DNA of 63,840 nt, filler included, from Octopus bimaculoides (taxonomy: Eukaryota), in assembly GCF_001194135.2 (NCBI RefSeq). It is 5 parts of 5 records of this genome, joined end to end, with 100 filler letters (N's around TTAATTAATTAA, not from the genome) between each part and the next. Parts side by side here need not be neighbours in the genome. Positions count along the whole stretch, not along the records: positions 44,635 to 58,227 come from NC_068986.1; positions 58,328 to 63,840 come from NC_068988.1; 3 more parts are not named here. The stretch is one strand, 5' to 3'. A program made the translations under genes and the position numbers. Every line of letters begins with the position of its first letter. The stretch's first letter is position 1. The notes below the pieces were generated by a model, which ran no database searches, was not told where the DNA came from, and was given only the letters and a program-made list of their open reading frames with translations. Shown here piece after piece: positions 52,275-63,840 of the stretch.

Positions 52275-52581
52275 TTGTTGTTGTTGTTGTTGGCACTCCG
52301 TCGCTTACGACGTCGAGGGTTCCAGTTGATCCGATCAATGGAACGGCCTGCTCGTGAAATTAACGTGCAAGTGACTGAGCACTCCACAGACACGTGTACC
52401 CTTAACGTAGTTCTCGGGGATATTCAGCGTGACACAGTGTGACAAGGCTGATCCTTTGAATTACAGGCACAATAGAAACAGAAAGTAAGAGTGAGAGAAA
52501 GTTGTGGTGAAAGAGTACAGCAGGATTCGCCACCATCCCCTGCCGGAGCCTCGTGGAACTTTAGGTATTTTCGCTCAATAA
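52275..52581 (-). mobile_element. SINE family C with (CAA)n tail, head in the gap
   Basis: Reverse complement is collinear with 58780-59068. Confidence 0.9.
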
Positions 52582-53292
52582 NNNNNNNNNNNNNNNNNNN
52601 NNNNNNNNNNNNNNNNNNNNNNNNNNNNNNNNNNNNNNNNNNNNNNNNNNNNNNNNNNNNNNNNNNNNNNNNNNNNNNNNNNNNNNNNNNNNNNNNNNNN
52701 NNNNNNNNNNNNNNNNNNNNNNNNNNNNNNNNNNNNNNNNNNNNNNNNNNNNNNNNNNNNNNNNNNNNNNNNNNNNNNNNNNNNNNNNNNNNNNNNNNNN
52801 NNNNNNNNNNNNNNNNNNNNNNNNNNNNNNNNNNNNNNNNNNNNNNNNNNNNNNNNNNNNNNNNNNNNNNNNNNNNNNNNNNNNNNNNNNNNNNNNNNNN
52901 NNNNNNNNNNNNNNNNNNNNNNNNNNNNNNNNNNNNNNNNNNNNNNNNNNNNNNNNNNNNNNNNNNNNNNNNNNNNNNNNNNNNNNNNNNNNNNNNNNNN
53001 NNNNNNNNNNNNNNNNNNNNNNNNNNNNNNNNNNNNNNNNNNNNNNNNNNNNNNNNNNNNNNNNNNNNNNNNNNNNNNNNNNNNNNNNNNNNNNNNNNNN
53101 NNNNNNNNNNNNNNNNNNNNNNNNNNNNNNNNNNNNNNNNNNNNNNNNNNNNNNNNNNNNNNNNNNNNNNNNNNNNNNNNNNNNNNNNNNNNNNNNNNNN
53201 NNNNNNNNNNNNNNNNNNNNNNNNNNNNNNNNNNNNNNNNNNNNNNNNNNNNNNNNNNNNNNNNNNNNNNNNNNNNNNNNNNNNNNNNNNNN

Positions 53293-53326
<34 letters not shown>

Positions 53327-53767
53327 CATCAAGATACATAAAGATGTGTTTTGGTTGAACAGTCTACTAAGAGCATTGAGTAAATTCGTATATATAATGG
53401 CAAATTTTGAGTGCAAATATGTGCATGTCTGCGTATATACGGTGGCGTACATAGTCATTTTTAACATCTTCTGCGCAGATTTGAACGTGAATGTGTTAAC
53501 TGGTGTTATGTTTCGCCTTCGGAGACGCTTCTCTCGTTAGACGATGTGCGTTGATAATACACTCGATTCCATGACATAAGCTTCGTGAGGGTAGGGTTTA
53601 CATTGAGAAACCGTTGTTTCAATTTCATTCTCTTTTTATCAACCTCTGTAAAGAGAAGCTGTTCTCCGAAGGCGAAAAACAACACCGAAAAACATATTCA
53701 GGTTGTTAAGAATAAGTTTGAATATCATCATTTCGATTCTCAGTTTTACGTGCTCATGACAATTTAA

Positions 53768-53820
<53 letters not shown>

Positions 53821-54849
53821 CAGACAGAACCTGCTAAATATATGTATGTATGTATGTGCATGTATTTAGCCGGTTAAAAATGACAATCGGCTTGTTTATT
53901 ATTTCTGTTTCAGATTGGTTCTTATAATATATAATAATCCCCAAATGGAGGTTGTTTTTCATAAAATATAGAGAGCCAAACATTTGAAATTGTATTTATT
54001 CACATACAGGGGAAGTCTTAGCAGTGAATCTGTTCATAAAAATGGTTTGCTTCAATAACAAGCAGTAACATACACAACATACGTTTTAAGTTAATTTTAG
54101 CTTGCAGTAATCCTCTTAGAAACATTTGTTTAACGCACTCACTATAATCTGTAATTATTTTCAATTGAAGCCTTTCTATCTGAAAATACATTACACTGGA
54201 ATATAGCAAAAAAGAAATACTAATTGAATTATTCACAAACATTATTTCTTCAAAGAACATTTAATTATATATTATTGTATGTTTTTAATTTCTTATTTCA
54301 TTGGTATAATGCAATAGAAATCACTTACAAACGTCCGCTGAATCAATGTCAGCATTATTTTGTTTTTCTTACATAGCAGAAAACTACGAAATCTAATGGA
54401 GGGCAACAACGTTAGCCTTTTATAAGCAATACATTATTAGATTGATGGATGGGTTATGCCCACCCTGTTTCGGTTTTCAAACTTGCAACACCCAACAGCA
54501 ATAAACCCCACAGGACACAAAGCGGTGCGCTTTGCGTCATTAATGTTGGACATATAGAAAACACCCACTGACTACCTTCACGAAATGAGAAAAAATTTTA
54601 GAAATGATAAAACTCATGGATATGAGAAAGGTACTGATTACTGCTGCAAAACTACAACCAAGTTCTCGTCGCATCATGAAAAATCACCGCCAAACAACCA
54701 CACACACGTACTTTCACGACCACAAGACTCTACTGCAACACTGGCTATTAAAACTCTATCTTAGCTACACAGACTGCTTAATTAAAGAAAAAATAATCAG
54801 GAATAGGAATAATTGTAGAATCAACAGACTCATTAATCCTAAGTACTAT

Positions 54850-55910
54850 TCTGGAATTCTGGAATGCGCGTCACCAACTTAAGCTATACATTCAAGCAGC
54901 TTCATGATCCCATCTTCCCAGAACTTGGCATCTTTCAGGGTTATGGACGGGTCTACGTGGTTCTTACAGTCTTTCACAAGGTTGAATTTCTTCCCATTGG
55001 AGAGAATTTTGTAGGGATCGAATTAAATTGTAATCGGAAGGTGTCAAGTCAGACAAGTATGGAAGGTATGGTAGGACATCCCAGCCAAAGTGTGCCAATT
55101 TCTGCCGGGTCTGCAAGGAAACATGAGGTCTAGCATTGTCTTGAAGCAAGACGACACCCTTCTGATTGGTCAATTCTGGACGTGTTTCATTGATTTCCCC
55201 CTTTAACTGGTTTAATTTTAAACAATAATCGTCTGAATTCAACGTCTGATTTTGCGCAAGACTCACGTAGTACACAATACGCTTCAGGGCATCGCCTTCT
55301 TCGGATACTGACTAGCTTTTGGGGTGATTAAATGTGGTTTCGTTTTCTCCAGGATTCTTCGCTCCACATTGTAAAAAATTCATTTTCCATCACTGTTTCA
55401 AAAGTAGGTCGCTTTTCTTACTTCTGAGCAAAGAATTGTAGATAGAAATGCAGCCAAGTAATTTTTTTTTTCTCTTCAATTATAAGACACACAAATATCA
55501 TAGCGATATACGTATCCAAGTGTTTTTAAATGCCTTATAACGCTCATATGAGATAGGTGGAGTATCTCTGTGATGTCATCTGTCGTATAACCTGGATTAT
55601 TTTCTAATAGTGTTTCGATTTGCTCATCATCAACGTCTGTAGGCCAATCGGAATGTTCACGTCTTCTGGATTAAAATTTTCATTCCTAAAACAAGCGAAC
55701 CACTAACGAACAGTTCTCTTTTCTGTAGTAGCATCTGCCCATGTTTATTTTGTTGTTTATACAGCGTTTGTTTGTTTTTTGTTTGTTTGGTTTTTTTTTT
55801 TTGCTTTTACGGAGATAAAAGTGCATCAAATTATGAAAATGTATCTTGTTTTCCTCCATTTTCACTTTAAAAACTATCAAAGGTAAAAAAAAAAAAATAA
55901 AGTAGGAATA
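54850..55910 (-). mobile_element. Defective mariner transposon (mellifera-like)
   Basis: MEENKIHFHNLMHFYLRK N-terminus; NSDDYCLKLNQL..EINETRPEL.NQKGVVLLQDNARPHVS..TRQKL..GWDVLPYLPYLSDLTPSDY; C-terminal KFWEDGIMKL; many frameshifts. Confidence 0.9.
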
Positions 55911-55959
55911 AACAACTCACGCAGTAGTATTGAAAGACGTGTTGAAATCACCGTTAAGA

Positions 55960-56035
<76 letters not shown>

Positions 56036-56841
56036 GACGTATGTTTCTCTTACGTGAGAAAGGAATTCATGTGTTTAAACTCCACAAATTAAAAAGTGGT
56101 ACGAACTTTTATTCCAACCCAATATATACACATAGATACGCGCATACACGCAGGATATGAGGTTAAAAATGTTCGATCTGCTGCTGTCACGTGGTCTCGG
56201 ATTAGTTTCCACTATATGGAACTTTAAGTTAATGTTTTCTACTATTACAGCTGATCGAATAATGCATGTGAATGAAACTTTCGCTTTACAGAACCTTTAA
56301 GAAAGCTTGTTGTGTATACATATACGTATGTTTGCGCATATGTGTGTGTTTGTATGTTTGGGTTTCGGTTTATATTTCGTAGTTATAGCGTTTCAACAAG
56401 TTGGGATTGATAAAATAAGTACTATACAATAAAATGAGTACTTGAGTCGATATGATTGACTTAAAACGGTGAAATCTTTGAATTCACTGAATGTAAATAA
56501 CCAGATATCCAGGCCAGCGTGAGTCATTGAAGTGTTGGTCTATCTGCTAGAAATAGCAGCCAAACTTCTCTTAGATTTTAAATATTCAATGCCCGAGAGG
56601 AAGACGGAAGACAAAATGGCTGCGACTGGAATGACTGCGATTGTAATTCTGTTCGAGTAGGTTTTTTCCGGTGTTGAACAATATGTATTCGCCCCGAAAT
56701 AGTCTTAATGTGTTAAATAAACCTCCGAGGATTGGCTTCAAAATCTGCATCAGATCAAACCCTGCCGACTTTTAAAAGGTAACTGGGCACACGCGTGCAC
56801 ACACTTACGCACACATACACACACACACACACACACATTTA

Positions 56842-56878
<37 letters not shown>

Positions 56879-58122
56879 ACACACACACACACAAGCACAA
56901 GCACGAACAAACATGGACACGTTCGCGCACACACATATATACATAAATTTAGATATATGTGTGTATATAGAAAGACAGACAGACAGACAGATAATTAGAT
57001 GGATGATAGATAGATAGATAGATAGATAGATACACATTTTCATATACTGTATATACACACACATACACACACACACAAACACCTGTATACACGTGTATGT
57101 ATGAATGTGTGTGTATTAAAAATTTTTAGATTAATTAAGACGCTGTTGCATGGTTTAAGTTTTAGCTGTTATTTTTAGCAGTCCAAGGGAATCATCTTTT
57201 CACGGTACATCATTCTATTTTCTATTCTTATCTCTAAATATAATTTCCAGTAACCACCAAAAACATTGAATTGTGGCGTTTCTTCGGATATATTTTTCGC
57301 AGTAGATAAATTATATCTACCAGTGCGTTTCTATTTCCTGAATAGAAGCGCACTGATAGGGACATTTTTATCGTGGTAGCCATATCTCTTTGTTCGCTAA
57401 TATAGCAAAAAAGTTTTGTTTGTGGTGTTACATAAATATATTTCGTAAGAAAACCTTATCTATCCTACCTTTATAATAACGAGATTTTTTCTTATTATAT
57501 TTTTCAATATATTAATGGATAGGCATATTGTATGTTATCTTCCTTTTTGAATTACCTTTCTATTGGTCAATTGGTAGGATAAGCAGAGTATCGAACAAGA
57601 TATTTTAGGGTTCTGAGTTCACTTTTCTCTTATCACAGACATTCGGCTTACGGGAATAGTCCAATATCTGACAAAGTGACGTGTCGATATGAGCGATATC
57701 TCTCCCGCATCAATTCACATTACGAGGCAACCCAGCACTAAAGAAGAATGAACGCTATCAAAGATATCTTTACTTTTCAATTATTTAAGTATTTTCTATT
57801 AAGGAGCTGGTTTCTAATAAAGAAATATATCTACAGTGCCGGAATTTTGATTATTACAACAGTGAAGATTTTAATTTTGAATTTTACAAAATGTCTAGCA
57901 TATCTTTACTGTTTTGCTTACAAACAGTATTTCAAATGTGTTTATTAGTTGGTTATTTTTTCTTTTTTTTCTACAGATTATCATCACATAGATATTCAAT
58001 AATATAACCAAGTGCACCAATTGGTTATTGAAGTATGCTCGATGCCGCAGACATGATAGTTTGAGTTATGAAATGCGAAGTGTCGGTTTTATATAGCTCT
58101 ACATACATACTTACATAAATAT

Positions 58123-58226
<104 letters not shown>

Positions 58227-58620
58227 TNNNNNNNNNNNNNNNNNNNNNNNNNNNNNNNNNNNNNNNNNNNNTTAATTAATTAANNNNNNNNNNNNNNNNN
58301 NNNNNNNNNNNNNNNNNNNNNNNNNNNTATATATATATGTATATATATATATATGTATATATGTATATATACGTACATATATTGCATATATATGCATATA
58401 TACTCGTGTATTTGTGTGTATGTGTACAGGTGTCTGTGTACTTTATTTTATGTATATTCATACACACGCTTTATTCATCCCCACGCTCATACGTGCGTGT
58501 GATCCAATGCGTGAAATGAAGTTTATATTTGAAGCTTGATAGTGTTAATCTTCAAGATTTTGCCGTCAAATCTCTTTAGTACAGCGTTTATAGCAATATA
58601 TTTGCCGGTACACTGAATTT

Positions 58621-59068
58621 GTGGAGGTGCAATGGCCCAGTGGTTAGGGCAGCAGCGGACTCGTGGTCATAGGATCGCGGTTTCGATTCCCAGACCGGGC
58701 GTTCTGAGTGNNNNNNNNNNGCAGCGGACTCGTGGTCATAGGATCGCGGTTTCGATTCCCAGACCGGGCGTTCTGAGTGTTTATTGAGCGAAAACACCTA
58801 AAGCTCCACGAGGCTCCGCCAGGGGATAGTAGCGAACCCTGCTGTATTCTTTCACCGCAACTTTCTCTCACTCTTACTTCCTGTTTCTGTTCTGGCTGTA
58901 ATTCAAAGGGTCAGCCTGTGTCACGCTGAATATCCCCGAGAACTACGTTAAGGGTACACGTGTCTGTGGAGTGCTCAGCCACTTGCACGTTAATTTCACG
59001 AGCAGGCTGTTCCGTTGATCGGATCAACTGGAACCCTCGACGTCGTAAGCGACGGAGCGCCAACAACA
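58621..59068 (+). mobile_element. Full-length SINE family C (tRNA-derived head)
   Basis: A-box tggcccagtgg, B-box ggtttcgattcc, body, tail cgtcgtaagcgacggagcgccaacaac; contains a 10-N assembly duplication. Confidence 0.9.
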
Positions 59069-60059
59069 TTGAATTTACGCAGAAGAGACAATCTTACTCT
59101 AAACTTATGTCAAATAATAGAAAAAATGTCTTTAAAACCACCTCTTTATATGCAATATGTTTAATATAGGCACGAAATCTCTAGAGACCACACTAAAATA
59201 GTATGATTTAACCATTTAGTAACGTGCTTTAACCGTTTAGTGACATTGAGGGATCATAAAGAAAAGTTATTAACTGATTGGGAATGTGTTCGAAGGAAAC
59301 TATTCCTTGGAAGAAAACGAACTCAGGATTCCATTGACATGAATGGATCCATGGCATCATTGTTATTCAGCCATTTACAGTGTGAAAATTGAAACTACAT
59401 GCTACAGATTCTCTCAGGTTGATGGTGTTGAAATTTGTGGAAACTTTTATTACTGAATATCTTGTCTTAAAATTCAGTGTAATCGTTATTACCATGAACC
59501 ATATTATTAATAGCAATGCAGTAAGTTAGGAATTCTTTTCATTTTTCTATGCATAGTCCTAGGTTTAAAAGGACAGCGAGGATCTGGTTGGCCTTTGTGT
59601 GTTTAGTTATGATGTCACGTACGTTTAAGTCATATTGACCCTCATTGTCTTAAACACTTTCAGCGCCGTAGATTCATGTCTGTATGCCGACAACAGCTTG
59701 GCAATCTCCCGGTTTATGATGCATCACAAATATGATATATTTACGAATGGTGATTAATCCGTTTAAGAAATTCAGTTTGGATATTTTTAGAATTATGAAT
59801 TTTTTTAAAGTTATACAATACTGCACAACTGGCAAATATCTATTAATTGTCAAACTAAATATAGTGTATTTTTCTATAAATTCTAAACATCCGACAATAA
59901 AAGCATATGTGCAGAAAAATTTCCATTCACCTAGTGTCACCCTACAATGTTGTATTAAACAGGGCATTTGATGAATCAATATATATTCCTGATTTGAATA
60001 TACCAACAAATCTCTAGAATAATTTCGTACACTCCATTCTTTAGTGCGAATATCATAGT

Positions 60060-60280
60060 TAATGTAACAAGATGTTTTCTTTGATTTTTAAACTTAAACT
60101 CTTTCGGATTTACAAATACTCTAAATCGTTTAACAGGAATTCCATAAAGGTCATTTATCTCAGCATTAAAATTTATGCAAACTTAACAGTTTGTAATGGC
60201 ACAAATGATGTCAAAGATGCAAAGGGAACAAACTTTCCATCAATAAGTTTCTGCCAAAGTTTTTCAAACAGCCCTCTCTA
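60060..60280 (-). mobile_element. Possible ancient hAT (Charlie/SPIN/Buster-type) transposase remnant
   Basis: RGLFEKLWQKLIDGKFVPFASL then, in another frame, FNAEINDLYGIPVKRFRVFVNP, resembling KL.LW..QL..GNF.HFP.L and F..RF.D....F.LF.NP. Pattern recall only. Confidence 0.3.
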
Positions 60281-60976
60281 CGGTAAAATAGGAAAATGCC
60301 ATTATGTATGAAGATAACATGACATTTACAGCTGGTGTTTTCAAATGTATATTGGCTAGAACACTATTTCAAAAGGCAGCTCAACAATCATGTCCGCTAT
60401 TTCAATAACACTGAACATAATGTTTGGTGCCTGGGACAGAACACCAGCGACTTACCAGATAGTCTCTTAATCGATACTAGAAACGACTACACCGTATTTT
60501 AAAAAGAGAAGATATGTCTCCTGTGTTTTTAATCGAGCAATATTATATCCGCAAGCAAATCTTTAACAAGCTAAATAGGATATCAGAAATTACTTGAAAC
60601 GTGATATAAATTGTTTTCTGTTCCAATATTTGACATCGTCTTTAAGTGAATTATGAATTTCATAATTTGGTAAACATATTATGAACTTGAAAGATTGATA
60701 ATCAAAACAGGTAAAAGCAACACAATCGACTGTGAATGAGATAACGTATTGAAGAAAGACAAATTAGGTTTTTTTGTTAAGTTCTAAAGACACATTGTAA
60801 CAAATTACCTGCAGGCAGATACAATCTTCGGATTGTGGGCCTTAGATAATGATGCTCCAAAATGTAGATTTTGTAAGCTCCTGAGATCATCGTCTCTAAA
60901 CCTAGTTGGAAAATTAAAGTCACACTTTTATAGCGTAGACTCCACATCGTTCTTTTCTTTCTTTCTTTCTTTCTTC

Positions 60977-61015
<39 letters not shown>

Positions 61016-61275
61016 TATTTCTTTCTTTCGTTCTTTCTTTCTTTCTTACGTATATACACACGCGCGCGCGCACACACACACACACTATTTTAAAACAGTT
61101 TGATTCGGCTCCATACGACTTAAAGTACAGACTATTCAAACAGTTTTAAATAAGAATATATGAATCTATTAAACTATGTAAACGGTGTGCATTTTCCTTC
61201 TTTTATTTTATATATTTTTTTTTGCATTATAATACACGACGTGGGGATAATCAAAGTTCCCCTCCTCTCATCTCT

Positions 61276-61329
<54 letters not shown>

Positions 61330-61867
61330 GTATGTGTGTGTGTGTATATGTATATGTATGTATATCTATGCACGCATGCATCTAAGTACGCTTAAGAGTG
61401 TATGTGCAAAAAATAAGACAAATAAAAGTTTCTCTTCAAAGCCATTTTTAACGAAATAGCGTATGGTATCCAGTCAGTGTATCACGCAAACGAATTATTT
61501 ATAGGTACAGAAAATGGTTAGCAATATACTGATTGCTAGATATACTCTAAACACGTGTGTTGGTTGTACAACATGATTCATTATTAAGTCCATAGTCATG
61601 CAGATATTCATTTAATCATCATAAAGCTTACATTGATTATTGGTTACTCGTAATCTTCAAGCAGCGCCAGACATTTAAACCTTTTTTCACTTGTGGATTT
61701 GTTTTCTTCTATCCAAAGGAATATGTAAGCGTACCGTAATGGAGACAGACACGTTTCGAAAACTCACTAGTGTAAACCTGTATATATATGCATATATGTA
61801 TGTATGTATGTACATATGTGNNNNNNNNNNGAGCGTGCGTATACATCTGAACGTTTGTATGTCTATA

Positions 61868-62075
<208 letters not shown>

Positions 62076-62643
62076 CCACTCTGTCTGCCTGTCTGCGTGT
62101 CTTTCTGCCTGCATATCTATCTATCTACTCGTACATATATACACGCATACACGCACACTTACACACACATCTGTAAGTATATGTATAACATACACTTTAT
62201 ATAGTATTGACATACAAACCTTTATGCATGTCGGCTTGTGTCTGTGTTTTCGTTATTGTATGTCTCCATGTGAATATGTCTCTTTTAGTCAACAAAACGC
62301 GGTAACAACCACAAACACCATAGAACCACGTATACGATTATATGTGTTGTAACGAGCTACGAACACATTCTTGTACATATTTTCGAAATGAGACGATTCC
62401 AGGCCAAAAATGATGATATAAAGGTATTTTTTATGTCATTCACTGGAATATGTATTGAGCTTATTGTGAGGCTGAGCAAAATATTTAATGGTGAGTTTTT
62501 ATCGTAGTCTCTGAGGATTTCACTGTCTCAATTCATTTCTCTTCTTTTTATTCAATAACAATTTATGGCTTTATTCATGTACCAGTTCGCTATAACCTCG
62601 TCAGCGTAACTCTAGTTGTCTGGACTTTAACTATTTGAAATTA

Positions 62644-62653
62644 ATATTATTAC

Positions 62654-62737
<84 letters not shown>

Positions 62738-62744
62738 CATTATT
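62644..62744. repeat. (ATT)n microsatellite
   Basis: Near-pure ATT run. Confidence 0.98.
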
Positions 62745-63354
62745 GAGTGAGAGAGCAGTGCATGCCATCAAAGTGACGCTGGGGTAAAATTTTACGATGC
62801 CCATTATACCCATCATGACTACCCATCTGATAAGGGTACACCAGGCATATGCATCACAACCATATGTACGCGACATGGTGATCTCATATCAAGATAAACA
62901 GCGCATGACCTCGCAGGTGGGGCCCAGTTAGAATTTTCTTCAGGTCGAGTAGCCCATCCCGCTCATAAGATCCCTGAATAAGGTTTGTTTAAGAATGTTG
63001 AGCAAAACATCCATGTTTCCAAATGTGAATTATTCAAACAACAAAGAATTCCTCTCAACACATGGCTATGATGCTGCCCCACCAATTCTGCTCATGATCA
63101 GAGATGCACATATCGTCAGCCACCAAGGAACACGCTCAACTGGTTAAGGTCAAACAACTGACAAGCAAATCTGTGGTATTGGGCAGAATATTTGCTGTAG
63201 CCCATCTNNNNNNNNNNGCAAATCTGTGGTATTGGGCAGAATATTTGCTGTAGCCCATCTTTTATATACCAAGGCAAACAATGTACATGATAACACTTCC
63301 AATCAATTAAGATCAGAAGCCATGAGAGCCACTGTCTGGTACTGCATCGAGGCA
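62745..63354 (-). mobile_element. Noncoding interspersed element flanked on both sides by (AAT)n
   Basis: GC-richer complex sequence with sharp (AAT)n boundaries and no recognisable ORF; recalled as an abundant octopus repeat (not verified). Confidence 0.6.
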
Positions 63355-63412
63355 TTTATTATTATTATTATTTTTTTAATTATTATCATCATTATTAATA
63401 TTATTAATTTAT

Positions 63413-63654
63413 TGTCTTTGCACAACTTCTAACGCTGGAGATGTACTACGTTGTCAGCTATTCATTACCAATGTACTAAGGTAGCACCCTTTATGTTTCG
63501 AGCACTATCTTGCAATTGTCTGCCGTATTGCCTTTTTCGATGTTTTCCAAGCACAGCACTGCCCTACCCATTGCTAACCACTCCGTTGTTACTTGGTCGG
63601 CATTTAAGACGGTGTTGAGTTGAGCGGCTATTCGTTCATGATATTCACCAAATC
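63413..63654 (-). mobile_element. Internally deleted R4/Dong copy: RT N-terminal motif joined to last codons, 3' UTR and (AAT)n tail
   Basis: HERIAAQLNTVLNADQVTTEWLAMGRAVLCL..I.KGNTADN (PEWL..GRTVL..K..GN..DN.RPI motif) runs into VLET-stop at 63491, about 75 nt UTR, then (AAT)n. Confidence 0.7.
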
Positions 63655-63799
63655 TGTAGGGGCTTGCTTCCCAACCATATGTTTCTAGGATCAGTCCCAC
63701 TGCGTGGCACCTTGGGCAAGTGTCATCTACTAGAGACTCGGGTCGATCAAAGCCTTGTCAGTGGTTTTGGTAGACGGAAACTGAAAGGTGCCCGCCGTA

Positions 63800-63800
<1 letters not shown>
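63655..63800 (+). mobile_element. SINE family B, 5' half
   Basis: gcttgcttcccaacc..cagtcccactgcgtggcaccttgggcaagtgtc..ggtagacggaaactgaaag. Confidence 0.9.

Positions 63801-63840
<40 letters not shown>

Noticed and set aside
58621-58700. tRNA-like sequence with A and B boxes
   Set aside because: No complete cloverleaf and it continues into a SINE body; SINE head rather than a tRNA gene.

Overview
AT-rich animal genomic DNA from a gappy draft assembly. It is dominated by microsatellites and decayed transposons, with many N gaps and artificial linkers. The repeat families (tRNA-headed SINEs with internal (TG)n, R4/Dong, RTE, Penelope, mariner) and the microsatellite density suggest an octopus or other coleoid cephalopod; this rests on recalled repeat consensuses, not a search. 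No prokaryotic-type system (CRISPR, operon, rRNA, real tRNA) is visible, and almost all ORFs in the track are microsatellite or gap artefacts. Well supported: an uninterrupted Ty3/Gypsy integrase (D-35-E intact), a Penelope-like element (RT + GIY-YIG), an RTE LINE, four R4/Dong fragments, three mariner remnants, a mariner MITE, a 230-bp foldback element and many SINEs. Tentative: three phase-compatible + strand exons at 985-2420 whose amber stop is followed by a 34-codon open extension with a doublecortin-like motif (candidate for readthrough or A-to-I UAG>UGG recoding), several degenerate hammerhead-ribozyme cores in Penelope-type ends, and an (AAT)n-embedded pair made of an internally deleted R4/Dong copy and a noncoding element. 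I found no clearly new biological system; the findings are hypotheses to test.
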